From an uncultured Erysipelotrichaceae bacterium (lineage in GTDB: Bacteria; Bacillota_I; Bacilli_A; Erysipelotrichales; Erysipelotrichaceae): a stretch of DNA of 32,000 nt. This document shows, one piece after another, positions 8,329 through 19,202 of the stretch. Position 1 is the first letter of the stretch. Every line of letters starts with the position of its first letter. The position numbers and the translations under genes are program-made. The stretch is taken from contig OW818653.1 in the NCBI GenBank assembly GCA_942492995.1, positions 150,001 through 182,000 on the forward strand, in the 5' to 3' direction. A model generated the notes under the pieces. That model ran no database searches. It was not told where the DNA came from and saw nothing but the letters and a program-made list of their open reading frames with translations.

Positions 8329-8862
8329 ATGGAAATTGGACAAAGAATTAAACAATTACGGACGCAGAACAAACTAACACTCGAAGAGTTGGCAAGTCGT
8401 TGTGAGTTAAGTAAGGGATTTATTTCTCAAGTAGAAAGAGATCTTACTTCACCATCGATTGCGACACTAAGTGATATTGTCGAAGCGCTAGGGATTAATC
8501 TTGCACAGTTTTTCAAAGAAGAGAAAGATGAAAAACTCGTTTTTGCTCAAGAAGATTTCTTTGTGGATGAAAAAGAAGATTACACCATACATTGGATTGT
8601 GCCAAATGCACAGAAAAATGATATGGAACCAATTATGTTGGAGTTAAAGCCTGATCAACAATCAGCTGTTATAACACCTCATAATGGAGAAGAATTTGGT
8701 TATGTAATAAATGGGAAGATTAGTTTAGTTATCAATAACAAGAAACATGTTGTTAAGAAGGGACAGACATTCTATATAAAAGGAATGCATGACCATTACA
8801 TCCTTAACGATACCAAGTCTGACGCAAAAGTATTATGGGTATGTAACCCACCAATTTTCTAG
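8329..8862 (+). CDS. XRE-family HTH plus cupin transcriptional regulator (PuuR-like)
   Basis: The 177-aa product has an N-terminal HTH (IGQRIKQLRTQNKLTLEELASRCELSKGFISQVERD) and a C-terminal cupin barrel (GEEFGYVINGKISL...). Confidence 0.85.
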   Translation: MEIGQRIKQLRTQNKLTLEELASRCELSKGFISQVERDLTSPSIATLSDIVEALGINLAQFFKEEKDEKLVFAQEDFFVDEKEDYTIHWIVPNAQKNDMEPIMLELKPDQQSAVITPHNGEEFGYVINGKISLVINNKKHVVKKGQTFYIKGMHDHYILNDTKSDAKVLWVCNPPIF

Positions 8863-8871
8863 GAGGCACAA

Positions 8872-9915
8872 ATGAAAAAACTGATTGAATTTCAAAACAT
8901 TGTAAAAAGCTTTAATGACAGTTTAGTTTTAAAAGGAATTAACTTATCGATTCATGAAAATGAGTTTGTAACGCTACTTGGACCAAGTGGTTGTGGTAAA
9001 ACAACTTTACTTAGAATATTAGGTGGATTTATATCCCAAAATGAAGGACATGTTTATTTCGATGATATTGAAATTAGTAATGTTCCTCCATATAAACGTG
9101 AAATTAATACAGTATTCCAACGTTATGCATTATTCCCACATATGAATGTGTTTGATAATATTGCGTTTGGTTTACGTATCAAGAAACAAGATAAGAATAC
9201 AATCGAACAAAAAGTTCGTAAGATGTTAAAACTCGTTAACCTTGAAGGATATGAAGATCGTCCAGTAACCTTGTTATCGGGTGGTCAACAACAACGTGTT
9301 GCGATTGCACGTGCATTAGTTAATGAACCAATGGTTCTATTACTCGATGAACCTTTAGGGGCACTTGATTTAAAATTACGTAAAGAAATGCAGATTGAGT
9401 TAAAGAAAATCCAACAAGAAGTTGGCATTACCTTTATTTATGTTACACATGACCAAGAAGAAGCGTTAACCATGTCAGATACGATTGTGGTAATGAATGC
9501 TGGAGAAATCCAACAAATTGGTACACCAACAGATATTTACAACGAACCTGAGAATCGCTTTGTGGCTGATTTTATTGGGGAATCAAATATTATTGATGGT
9601 GTGATGTTAGAAGATTATAAAGTCAAATTCGATGATCAAGTATTTGAATGCATCGATTATGGATTTGAAGATAACTTAGATGTGGATATTGTTTTACGCC
9701 CTGAGGATATTGATATTGTTCCAATTGATATGGGACGTATTAAAGGTTTTATTAAATCTACGATATTCAAGGGAGTTCACTTTGAAGTTGTGGTTGAAAC
9801 ACCGTACCGTGAATGGATTATTCATACTACTGATAAAGTAGAGGTGGATAAGGAGGTAGGATTACACTTCTTCCCAGAAGACATTCACATTATGTATAAG
9901 ATGGGAACCTATTAA
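8872..9915 (+). CDS. potA: Spermidine/putrescine ABC transporter ATP-binding protein
   Basis: The 347-aa product has Walker [10 protein letters not shown], the [15 protein letters not shown] signature, Walker B LLLDEP and a PotA-type C-terminal regulatory domain. Confidence 0.92.
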   Translation: MKKLIEFQNIVKSFNDSLVLKGINLSIHENEFVTLLGPSGCGKTTLLRILGGFISQNEGHVYFDDIEISNVPPYKREINTVFQRYALFPHMNVFDNIAFGLRIKKQDKNTIEQKVRKMLKLVNLEGYEDRPVTLLSGGQQQRVAIARALVNEPMVLLLDEPLGALDLKLRKEMQIELKKIQQEVGITFIYVTHDQEEALTMSDTIVVMNAGEIQQIGTPTDIYNEPENRFVADFIGESNIIDGVMLEDYKVKFDDQVFECIDYGFEDNLDVDIVLRPEDIDIVPIDMGRIKGFIKSTIFKGVHFEVVVETPYREWIIHTTDKVEVDKEVGLHFFPEDIHIMYKMGTY

Positions 9916-9916
9916 T

Positions 9917-10768
9917 ATGAAAGGTTATGCAAGTCTAGTAAAACCTTATATATTTTGGATGTCCTTGTTTATCGTAGTTCCGATGTTACTGATTGTTCTA
10001 TATGCATTTACTGAACATGGAAATGCGTTGATGGCATTCCGTTTCACCTTAGATAACTTCCTTAGATTCTTTGATCCAGTCTTTATCAAAGTATTATTCA
10101 AATCACTAGAAGTTGCGCTTATTACAACATTCCTTTGTATCCTAATTGGTTATCCAATTGCGTATATCATTTCTAATACAAGTGAACGTACTCAAACATT
10201 ACTAATCTTATTAATTACACTTCCTATGTGGATTAATATGTTAGTTCGTACGTACGCATGGATTAGTATCTTATCGGATGGTGGTATCTTAAATTCAATC
10301 TTTGAGTTTATGGGACTTCAACCAATAAAGATGATGTATACCGATTTTGCGGTAATGTTAGGGATGGTATATAACTTCTTACCGTTTATGATTATTTCAA
10401 TTTACACTGTATTAGCAAAACTCGATCGTGCATTAATTCATGCAAGTCATGATTTAGGGGCAAATCCAGTTCAAACATTCTTACGTATTGTATTACCATT
10501 ATCAATGCCTGGCGTTATTTCAGGGATAACATTGGTGTTCTTACCAGCAGTTAGTACTTTCGTTATTCCTAAGTTCTTGGGTGGCGGTCAGTATATGTTA
10601 ATTGGTAACTTAATTGAGAACCAATTTATTACGGTTGGTGAATGGAACTTTGGTAGTGCTATTTCGTTGATTATGGCGATGATTATTATGGGATCAATGA
10701 TTCTTACACGTAAGATTGATCGTGATGCGTCGGATACCGCAAGTGTTGAAGGAGGTAAATTATGGTAG
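9917..10768 (+). CDS. potB: Spermidine/putrescine ABC transporter permease
   Basis: The 283-aa polytopic product has an EAA-like loop (ALIHASHDLGANPVQTF.RIVLP). Confidence 0.9.
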   Translation: MKGYASLVKPYIFWMSLFIVVPMLLIVLYAFTEHGNALMAFRFTLDNFLRFFDPVFIKVLFKSLEVALITTFLCILIGYPIAYIISNTSERTQTLLILLITLPMWINMLVRTYAWISILSDGGILNSIFEFMGLQPIKMMYTDFAVMLGMVYNFLPFMIISIYTVLAKLDRALIHASHDLGANPVQTFLRIVLPLSMPGVISGITLVFLPAVSTFVIPKFLGGGQYMLIGNLIENQFITVGEWNFGSAISLIMAMIIMGSMILTRKIDRDASDTASVEGGKLW

Positions 10769-11562
10769 GCATTAAGAAACATAATTTAGCAAAATTCTTC
10801 ATGATGTTTGGAATTCTTGCCTTCTTCTATCTTCCAATCCTTAGTTTAATGATCTTCTCATTCAATGATTCAAGATCATTGACCTCATGGTCAGGTTTCT
10901 CACTTCAATGGTATAAAGCCTTGTTTGAGAATCGTGAGATGATGACGGCTATTACAACTACAATTACGATTGCGCTTATTTCAACATTTGTCGCAACAGT
11001 AATGGGAACGTTGGCGGCGATTGGTATTTCAAAATCACGTCGTTTAGTTAAAGAATTAGTCTTAAGTGTGAATAACTTCCCAATCTTAAATCCTGAAATC
11101 GTTACGGCAATTGGATTGATGTTGCTATATTCTTCATTGAATATTGAAAAAGGATTTATGACGATGTTACTAGCACATATTATATTTAGTACACCGTATG
11201 TCATATTAAGTGTATTACCGCGTTTAAGACGTTTGGATCCAGATATTGCGGAAGCCGCACTTGATTTAGGGGCAACTCCTCTTCAAGCGCTATGGAAGGT
11301 TATTGTGCCTATGATTACTCCGGGGATTGTCTCTGGTGCACTCATTGCGTTTACGATGTCCTTCGATGACTTTGTTATTTCTTACTTTGTAAGTGGTAAT
11401 GGCGTTAAGAATATCTCTATCCTAGTGTATACAATGTCAAAACGTATTAATCCTACAATTAATGCTTTATCAACGATTCTTGTCGTAATCATAACGATTG
11501 TATTACTCGTTGTTAATTTATATCCTTATATCGCTAAGAAAGAACTAAAGGAGGCAGAATGA
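10762..11562 (+). CDS. potC: Spermidine/putrescine ABC transporter permease
   Basis: The 266-aa polytopic product has an EAA loop (IAEAALDLGATPLQALWKVI.P). It overlaps both neighbouring genes. Confidence 0.9.
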   Translation: MVGIKKHNLAKFFMMFGILAFFYLPILSLMIFSFNDSRSLTSWSGFSLQWYKALFENREMMTAITTTITIALISTFVATVMGTLAAIGISKSRRLVKELVLSVNNFPILNPEIVTAIGLMLLYSSLNIEKGFMTMLLAHIIFSTPYVILSVLPRLRRLDPDIAEAALDLGATPLQALWKVIVPMITPGIVSGALIAFTMSFDDFVISYFVSGNGVKNISILVYTMSKRINPTINALSTILVVIITIVLLVVNLYPYIAKKELKEAE

Positions 11563-12593
11563 AAAAATTAAGTATGCTAATCCTTGTCCTAGCATTTATG
11601 CTAGCAGGATGCAACAGTGACACAAAAACCTTAAAGGTATTTAATTGGGGCGTGTATATGGACGCTACCTTGATTGATGAGTTTGAAGAAGAGTATAACG
11701 TTAGAGTTGTGTACGATGAATTTGATAGTAATGAATCCATGTATACAAAGCTAATGAGTGGTGAAAAATATGATGTAATCGTTCCTTCAGATTATATGGT
11801 TCAACGTTTAATCGAAGAAAATCTATTACAAAAGTTAGATAAAAAAGTTGTTAGTTTAGACGATGTTTTACCCAATGTATTGAATCAAAAATTTGATCCA
11901 AACAATGAATATAGTGCTCCATATTTCTGGGGCAATGTGGGTATTTTGTATGATACAACAAAAGTAGATACAAAAGATTTAGAAGAAGGTTGGAATATTT
12001 TATTAAATGAAAAATATAAAGGTGCGTTGTACTTTTATGATTCAGAACGCGATGCCTTTATGGTTGCGCTTAAAGCACTTGGTTATTCCGCAAATTCAAA
12101 AGTAGATTCACAACTTGATGAAGCATTTGAATGGTTAACCCAACTGAATACGACAATGGAACCGATTTATGTTACAGATGATGTTATTGATAACATGATT
12201 GCTGGTAATAAGTCGATTGCGGTAGTGTATTCAGGTGATGCGGCTTATATTGTAGATGAAAATGAAGATATGGCATTCTATGCGCCAGAAGAAGGCACAA
12301 ACCTTTGGATTGATAACATGGTTATTCCAGCGAATGCAGAAAATCCTGAATTAGCGAATGCTTGGATTGCGTTTATGTTAAGTGAAGATGCTCAATCACG
12401 TAATACGATTGAAGTTGGATATTCTACAGTACATAAAGCAGTGTGGGAATATATGATATCTGATGAAGGGGATTATGCTGGTAATGAAGCGTATGCAGTG
12501 CGTACGAATTATGCATCTGATGAATTGTTTAAATATGATGAAGAGCTAAAAGTAAAGATGTCAGATCTTTGGCTTAAAATTAAGGCTCAGTAA
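11559..12593 (+). CDS. potD: Spermidine/putrescine-binding lipoprotein, copy 1
   Basis: The 344-aa product has a signal peptide with an LAGC lipobox and PotD/PotF-like motifs (NWG.Y, YFWG..GI.Y, NLWID.M.IP). Confidence 0.88.
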   Translation: MKKLSMLILVLAFMLAGCNSDTKTLKVFNWGVYMDATLIDEFEEEYNVRVVYDEFDSNESMYTKLMSGEKYDVIVPSDYMVQRLIEENLLQKLDKKVVSLDDVLPNVLNQKFDPNNEYSAPYFWGNVGILYDTTKVDTKDLEEGWNILLNEKYKGALYFYDSERDAFMVALKALGYSANSKVDSQLDEAFEWLTQLNTTMEPIYVTDDVIDNMIAGNKSIAVVYSGDAAYIVDENEDMAFYAPEEGTNLWIDNMVIPANAENPELANAWIAFMLSEDAQSRNTIEVGYSTVHKAVWEYMISDEGDYAGNEAYAVRTNYASDELFKYDEELKVKMSDLWLKIKAQ

Positions 12594-12602
12594 GGAAAGA
12601 AA

Positions 12603-13646
12603 ATGAAAAAAATACTCTTAACATTAGTTGTTGCTTTACTCACATTGGCAGGTTGTTCTTCCAATGAACAAAAAGTATTAAAAGTTTATAATTGGGGTGC
12701 TTATATCGATGATACAGTCATTTCAGAATTTGAAGATATGTACGATGTAAGAGTTATTTATGATAACTATGATTCCAATGAATTGATGTACACAAAAATC
12801 CAAAGTGGAGAATACTATGATGTATTAGTTCCAACAGATCATATGGTTGAACGCTTAATTGCGGAAGATTTCTTACAACCAATCGATCTTACAAAGATTA
12901 CAAATCTATCAAACGTATATCCAGATTTACTAAATCGTCCATTTGATCCAAATAATACGTATAGTGTTCCTTATTTCTGGGGTAACATTGGTATTATCTA
13001 TAACAAAGAAACCGTTGATTTTGCTGATCTTGAAGCTGAAGGATGGAATATCTTAAAGAATCCTAAATATACTGATCGTATTTATATCTATGATTCAGCA
13101 CGTGATGCATTCATGGTAGCGCAAAAGGCTTTAGGTTATTCAGTAAATACAACAGATGAAGCAGAAATTGAAGCTGCATTTGAATGGTTAAAAGAAGTTA
13201 ATAATACAACTCGTCCAATCTATATCGATGAAACAATCATTGATAACATGATTACTGAACAAAAAGATATTGCAGTAGACTTCTCAGGTGATGCGGCATA
13301 TGTTATTTCACAAAATCCTAATATGTCATTCTATGTACCTAAAGAAGGTACAAATGTTTGGATGGATAGTATGATCATTCCTGCGAATGCTAAAGAAGTT
13401 GATTTAGCACACAAATGGATTAACTTCATGTTAGACAATGAAGTAGCGACTAAGAACACAATCTATGTTGGCTATACTTCACCAGTTATTGCGGCGTTTG
13501 AGGCTGTAACAGGTGCTGGTGGCGATTATGAAGGCAATATTGCATATGGTCCTCGAATGGATAATCCTTTAGATGAAGAGTATAAATACAATGATGCGCT
13601 TAAAGAAGTCTTAACAGATAAGTGGACGCGCGTTAAAGCACAATAG
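12603..13646 (+). CDS. potD: Spermidine/putrescine-binding lipoprotein, copy 2 (tandem paralog)
   Basis: The 347-aa product has an LAGC lipobox. It is colinear with copy 1 along the full length, and by eye more than half of the residues are identical. Confidence 0.88.
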   Translation: MKKILLTLVVALLTLAGCSSNEQKVLKVYNWGAYIDDTVISEFEDMYDVRVIYDNYDSNELMYTKIQSGEYYDVLVPTDHMVERLIAEDFLQPIDLTKITNLSNVYPDLLNRPFDPNNTYSVPYFWGNIGIIYNKETVDFADLEAEGWNILKNPKYTDRIYIYDSARDAFMVAQKALGYSVNTTDEAEIEAAFEWLKEVNNTTRPIYIDETIIDNMITEQKDIAVDFSGDAAYVISQNPNMSFYVPKEGTNVWMDSMIIPANAKEVDLAHKWINFMLDNEVATKNTIYVGYTSPVIAAFEAVTGAGGDYEGNIAYGPRMDNPLDEEYKYNDALKEVLTDKWTRVKAQ

Positions 13647-13654
13647 TAATTTAG

Positions 13655-13683
13655 AGTGGTTAAATTAAACCACTTTTTTTTTA
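13655..13683 (+). terminator. Intrinsic terminator of the pot operon
   Basis: AGTGGTT (13655-13661), a 6-nt loop, AACCACT (13668-13674), then a run of about ten T residues. Confidence 0.8.
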
Positions 13684-13817
13684 TTTAAATATTTGTAAAA
13701 TAGTCGTTTTCTTTTGGAGAAAATGAAGTATAATATGTGTCGTAACAAATGCAAATATCGCAAAAATTACGGAATAAAAAGTAAATATTCGATTTTAAAA
13801 AAAAGTTTAGTTTCGTC

Positions 13818-13845
13818 TTGCAATTTAATCATAGTTTGTTATAAT
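13818..13845 (+). promoter_or_regulatory. Promoter of the tRNA cluster (extended -10)
   Basis: TTGCAA (13818-13823), a 16-nt spacer, then TGtTATAAT (13837-13845). The first tRNA starts about 20 nt downstream. Confidence 0.55.
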
Positions 13846-13864
13846 AAAAAGGCACCGTTTACAC

Positions 13865-13938
13865 GGTTCCTTAGCCAAGTGGTAAGGCAATAGACTGCAA
13901 CTCTGTGACCGTCGGTTCAAATCCGACAGGAACCTCCA
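13865..13938 (+). tRNA. tRNA-Cys (GCA)
   Basis: A cloverleaf folds by hand: acceptor GGTTCCT/AGGAACC, anticodon stem ATAGA/TCTGT, loop CTGCAAC, T-arm GTCGG-TTCAAAT-CCGAC. The CCA end is encoded. Confidence 0.9.
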
Positions 13939-13940
13939 AT

Positions 13941-14027
13941 GGGGATGTGGCGGAATAGGCAGACGCAACGGACTTAAAATCCGTTGATGGTAACATCGTG
14001 TGGGTTCAAGTCCCACCATCCCCACCA
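13941..14027 (+). tRNA. tRNA-Leu (TAA), class II with a long variable arm
   Basis: Acceptor GGGGATG/CATCCCC, anticodon stem ACGGA/TCCGT, loop CTTAAAA, long variable arm, T-arm GTGGG-TTCAAGT-CCCAC. The CCA end is encoded. Confidence 0.9.
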
Positions 14028-14072
14028 TTGCATGTTTCAGAGAAGAATATTTGGTGCCTTATATTAGACTAT

Positions 14073-14149
14073 GCGCCTATAGCTCAATTGGATAGAGCGT
14101 TTGACTACGGATCAAAAGGTTGTGGGTTCAACTCCTGCTAGGCGCGCCA
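14073..14149 (+). tRNA. tRNA-Arg (ACG)
   Basis: Acceptor GCGCCTA/TAGGCGC, anticodon stem TTTGA/TCAAA, loop CTACGGA. The T-stem GTGGG/CCTGC contains two adjacent G-T wobble pairs. The CCA end is encoded. Confidence 0.85.
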
Positions 14150-14160
14150 AAAAAATGACT

Positions 14161-14237
14161 CGGGATGTAGCACAGCTTGGTAGTGCACTTGATTTGGGAT
14201 CAAGGGGTCGCAGGTTCAAATCCTGTCATCCCGACCA
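14161..14237 (+). tRNA. tRNA-Pro (TGG)
   Basis: Acceptor CGGGATG/CATCCCG, anticodon stem CTTGA/TCAAG, loop TTTGGGA. The CCA end is encoded. Confidence 0.9.
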
Positions 14238-14254
14238 TGCAATTTTTATTTAAC

Positions 14255-14331
14255 GGCGGGATAGCTCAGTTGGCTAGAGCAATCGGTTCATACCCGGTCG
14301 GTCGTGAGTTCGAGTCTCACTCCCGCTACCA
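14255..14331 (+). tRNA. tRNA-Met (CAT), elongator type
   Basis: The anticodon loop is TTCATAC and the acceptor GGCGGGA/TCCCGCT has a G1-U72 pair. As I recall, Bacillus elongator tRNA-Met has the same G1-U72 pair and ends in GCTACCA. The CCA end is encoded. Confidence 0.8.
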
Positions 14332-14336
14332 ATTTT

Positions 14337-14413
14337 GGACCCTTAGCTCAGTTGGTTAGAGCTGCCGGCTCATAACCGGTAGGTCGTAGGTTCGAGTCCT
14401 ACAGGGTCCACCA
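14337..14413 (+). tRNA. tRNA-Ile2 (CAT, presumably lysidine-modified)
   Basis: GGACCCTTAGCTCAGTTGGTTAGAGC...CTCATAA...AGGGTCCACCA closely resembles ileX-type tRNAs. It lacks the C1-A72 mismatch and the three consecutive G-C anticodon-stem pairs that mark initiator tRNAs. Confidence 0.7.
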
Positions 14414-14421
14414 GTTTCATT

Positions 14422-14510
14422 GGAGGAATACCCAAGCGGTTTAAGGGACTAGTCTTGAAAACTAGCAGATGTGAGAGCATGCGTGGGTTCGAATCCCACT
14501 TCCTCCGCCA
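14422..14510 (+). tRNA. tRNA-Ser (TGA), class II
   Basis: Acceptor GGAGGAA/TTCCTCC, anticodon stem CTAGT/ACTAG, loop CTTGAAA, long variable arm. The CCA end is encoded. Confidence 0.9.
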
Positions 14511-14539
14511 TCACATATTTCTAAAATTTATATATACAT

Positions 14540-14616
<77 letters not shown>

Positions 14617-14619
14617 ATT

Positions 14620-14695
<76 letters not shown>

Positions 14696-14707
14696 TTTAT
14701 AAACGAT

Positions 14708-14729
14708 CCTGTTGAAGACAGGTTTTTTT
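14708..14729 (+). terminator. Intrinsic terminator of the tRNA cluster
   Basis: CCTGT (14708-14712), a 5-nt loop, ACAGG (14718-14722), then seven T residues. Confidence 0.65.
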
Positions 14730-14768
14730 ATGCTTTATTGAAGAATACGGTATAATATAGACATATGA

Positions 14769-16229
<1,461 letters not shown>

Positions 16230-16245
16230 TTAAAGGGGGCTTTAT

Positions 16246-16968
16246 ATGGATTATTTCTTTGCGTCTGAGCAACAAATCCCAGAAAGTATGCGATTAAGCT
16301 TATATGGTCGTACTCATTTACTTTGGTTAGGTGCGATTGTCGTGTTTATCGTGTTATTGAGTATTTTTTATACTCGTTTACGTCCTTATCAAAAGAAACA
16401 ATTCAAGAAGAGTTTCGCGTTGTTTATTATTTTCTTTGAATTATTACGTCAAATTATCTATCTCGTATTAGGTCGATATGAACTTGGATTACTTCCGTTA
16501 CATCTTTGTGGTTTAACGGAAGTATTAATCTTATTTCATGCCTTTACGAAGAATAAAGTAGTTAAAGAGAGTTTATATGCGATGGGATTAATTGGTGCAC
16601 TCATGGCACTTCTATTCGCGGATTGGTTAGTTTATCCTGTATTGCATTTCCAATCAATCCATAGCTTTGTGATGCATGGATTACTCATGGGGTATATCGT
16701 TATGTTAATTTGGAGTCAAGAACTTAAACCAAATGAAAAGTTATTGCCTCAAGTATTTATCTTATTCTTCTTAATATGTTTTGGATTGTATTACTTTAAT
16801 AAACAATATGGTACAAACTTCTTCTTTCTTAATTATCCATCTCCAGGTTCTCCTTTAGTTATTTTTGAACAATGGGTAGGAAATCCTGGGTATATTGGGT
16901 TAACGGTTGTATTGTTGTTTATTGTTTGGTTCATTTTATATTTACCATGGCGTTTAAGCCGTAAATAA
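16246..16968 (+). CDS. Polytopic membrane protein (YwaF/TIGR02206-like; family name tentative)
   Basis: The 240-aa product has about 7 hydrophobic helices. A GGGGG-type RBS lies upstream and the gene starts 16 nt after the bglA stop. Confidence 0.6.
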   Translation: MDYFFASEQQIPESMRLSLYGRTHLLWLGAIVVFIVLLSIFYTRLRPYQKKQFKKSFALFIIFFELLRQIIYLVLGRYELGLLPLHLCGLTEVLILFHAFTKNKVVKESLYAMGLIGALMALLFADWLVYPVLHFQSIHSFVMHGLLMGYIVMLIWSQELKPNEKLLPQVFILFFLICFGLYYFNKQYGTNFFFLNYPSPGSPLVIFEQWVGNPGYIGLTVVLLFIVWFILYLPWRLSRK

Positions 16969-16980
16969 AAGGAGCATATC

Positions 16981-17871
16981 ATGGGTAAGGTTGACTTACA
17001 TATTCATTCGCATTATTCCATGGATGGGGAGTTTAGTGTATTAGATCTATTCAAGAAAGCTGAAGAAGCTGGTTTAGGTTTAGCTGCAGTTGCGGATCAT
17101 GATAATATCGAATCGGCTAAGCAAGTTGAAACGTATCGTACGTATTCCAATATAAAGTGGATTCCAGCGATTGAATGTACCTGTGTATATGGTGATATGG
17201 AATTACATATCATTGGATATGGAATTGATCCACAGTTTAATTGGTTTCAAGATTTACACTTACTTGTAAAAAAAGCGCAACGTGATGCACTAAAAGAACG
17301 ATTAGTTGCGTTGAATAAAATGTATGATTTAGAACTTTCAATGAGTGATTTTGAGATATTCTTTGATAAGTACACAATGAATCCTAAGTTTATTGCGAAA
17401 TATATCTTAACCCAACCGAATGCGGTCGATAATAAGTCTCTTAAACCTTATATTTCTGGTGGTTTAGCAACCCCAAATCATGCGATATTTATCCAAGATT
17501 CCATGGCTTTTGGGAAGGATGCGTTTGTACATTGCGATTTACCATCTGTTGCGGAAGTTATTAATCAAATTCATTTATCAGGGGGATTAGCTGTTTTATC
17601 TCATCCTGGTAACAGTATAAAAGAAGATAGTTCTTTACTTAATGAGATAGTTCATTTAGGATTAGATGGGATTGAAGCCTATAGCTCATATCATTCTGAA
17701 TTTCAGAATGTGTTCTATGTGGAATATGCGCTTAAACGTAAATTACTTGTGACTTGTGGTTCAGACTTTTATGGTCAAAGTAAACGGTATATTCGCATTG
17801 GGAATACACATTGCCCAATGAGTGAAGAAGAAATCTTAGAAGGATTTAGAAGAAAAGGACTCGTAATATGA
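16981..17871 (+). CDS. PHP-domain metal-dependent phosphoesterase (TrpH/YciV-like)
   Basis: The 296-aa product has VDLHIHSHYSMDG, ADHD and LSHPG motifs of the PHP fold. Confidence 0.8.
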   Translation: MGKVDLHIHSHYSMDGEFSVLDLFKKAEEAGLGLAAVADHDNIESAKQVETYRTYSNIKWIPAIECTCVYGDMELHIIGYGIDPQFNWFQDLHLLVKKAQRDALKERLVALNKMYDLELSMSDFEIFFDKYTMNPKFIAKYILTQPNAVDNKSLKPYISGGLATPNHAIFIQDSMAFGKDAFVHCDLPSVAEVINQIHLSGGLAVLSHPGNSIKEDSSLLNEIVHLGLDGIEAYSSYHSEFQNVFYVEYALKRKLLVTCGSDFYGQSKRYIRIGNTHCPMSEEEILEGFRRKGLVI

Positions 17872-19166
17872 AAGTAGGATTAGTATCGTTGGGATGTAGT
17901 AAGAATCTTGTGGATTCTGAAAATTTATTGGGTTGGTTTAAGGCAAATGATCATACAGTCGTCACTAACTTAAAAGAAGCAGATACGATTGTTATAAATA
18001 CATGTGGATTTATTGAACCAGCTAAACAAGAAGGAATTGAAACGATTCTTGAATTAGCGGAGTATAAGAAACATAATTGTAAGAACTTGATTGTGACAGG
18101 TTGTTTAGTGCAACGTTATCATCAAGATTTAGTTGATTCTTTACCTGAAGTAGATGCTTGGGTGAGAATACAAGATTATCCAAGAATTAATGAAATCTTA
18201 AGTGAAACATTACACACTGAATTTAAAGTGGTTTATGGTAAACAAGAACGTCTACAGAGTACCGCAAAACATACTGCTTATTTAAAAGTAGCGGAAGGAT
18301 GTAGTAATCGTTGTACATATTGTGCTATTCCTTTAATTCGTGGGGATATGAACTCTTATCCAATGGATGATTTACTCTTAGAAGCAATTAAATTAGCGGA
18401 TAATGGGGTAAAAGAATGTGTTCTTATTGCCCAAGATACTTCACGTTATGGTATGGATAAAGGTCAAAGTTTATTACCTCGATTATTAGATGAATTGAAT
18501 AAGATTGATGGTTTTCATTGGTTACGTTTACTCTATCAATATCCAGATGCGATTACACCTGAAATATTAGATGCGATGAAACGTAATGAAAAAGTATTAC
18601 CTTATTTCGATATTCCTATCCAACATGCGAATAATCGTTTATTAAAACTCATGAATCGTAAAGGTACGATTGAAGATATACGTCGTGTTATCAAGAATAT
18701 AAAAGAAGTGTTTCCTAAGGCAATTCTACGTACCACAATTATCGTTGGATTCCCAAGTGAAACTGAAGCTGAATTCCAAGAATTATTGGACTTTGTGGAA
18801 GAAGTTAAATTTGATCGACTAGGCGCATTTACATATTCACCTGAAGAAGATACTGTAGCGTATTCAATGGAAGATGCGATAGAAAAAGAAGTTAAAGAAG
18901 ATCGTTATCATCGTTTGATGCGTCTTCAATCACATATCTCTTACGAAAAGATGCAGGAATGGTTGAATGAAGAAATAGAAGTATGTGTAGAATCTCGTGA
19001 TCCAAAATCACTGTTATATCATGGACGTTCTGTGCATAGTGCACCGGATGATGTGGATGGAGAAGTTATCTTTACTTCATCTAAATTACTTAAAAAAGGT
19101 AGTTTTGTGTCAGTTAGAATTAATCGTGTAGAAGAATATGACTTATTTGGTGAAACCGTTGAATAA
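17868..19166 (+). CDS. rimO: Ribosomal protein S12 methylthiotransferase
   Basis: The 432-aa product has an MTTase N-domain (VGLVSLGCSKNLVDSE), the radical SAM motif CSNRCTYCAIP and a TRAM-like C-terminus. It overlaps the upstream gene as ATGA. Confidence 0.92.
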   Translation: MKVGLVSLGCSKNLVDSENLLGWFKANDHTVVTNLKEADTIVINTCGFIEPAKQEGIETILELAEYKKHNCKNLIVTGCLVQRYHQDLVDSLPEVDAWVRIQDYPRINEILSETLHTEFKVVYGKQERLQSTAKHTAYLKVAEGCSNRCTYCAIPLIRGDMNSYPMDDLLLEAIKLADNGVKECVLIAQDTSRYGMDKGQSLLPRLLDELNKIDGFHWLRLLYQYPDAITPEILDAMKRNEKVLPYFDIPIQHANNRLLKLMNRKGTIEDIRRVIKNIKEVFPKAILRTTIIVGFPSETEAEFQELLDFVEEVKFDRLGAFTYSPEEDTVAYSMEDAIEKEVKEDRYHRLMRLQSHISYEKMQEWLNEEIEVCVESRDPKSLLYHGRSVHSAPDDVDGEVIFTSSKLLKKGSFVSVRINRVEEYDLFGETVE

Positions 19167-19177
19167 ACGGTTTTTTT
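19154..19177 (+). terminator. Intrinsic terminator of rimO
   Basis: AACCGTT (19154-19160), a 5-nt loop, AACGGTT (19166-19172), then a T-tract. The hairpin overlaps the stop codon. Confidence 0.75.
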
Positions 19178-19179
19178 AT

Positions 19180-19202
19180 TAAAAAAGTACGGTTTACGTA
19201 CT
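19180..19202 (-). terminator. Intrinsic terminator of the TetR gene
   Basis: AGTACG (19186-19191) pairs with CGTACT (19197-19202). The A-run at 19180-19186 reads as a T-tract on the minus strand. Confidence 0.6.

Noticed and set aside
10588-11740. Antisense ORFs 10588-10782, 10905-11204 and 11534-11740
   Set aside because: They are shadow frames opposite potB, potC and potD.
13723-13893. 56-codon K/R/C-rich sORF (MKYNMCRNKCKYRKNYG...) preceded by GGAGA
   Set aside because: It reads through the tRNA promoter and into tRNA-Cys. The RBS spacing is only about 3 nt, and its composition is what an AT-rich intergenic region would produce by chance.
13825-14028. 67-aa minus-strand ORF from the track
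   Set aside because: It lies entirely across tRNA-Cys and tRNA-Leu. It is a reading frame through structured RNA genes and has no RBS.
14177-14359. 60-aa plus-strand ORF from the track
   Set aside because: It runs through tRNA-Pro, tRNA-Met and the start of tRNA-Ile2, so it is an artefact of the tRNA cluster.
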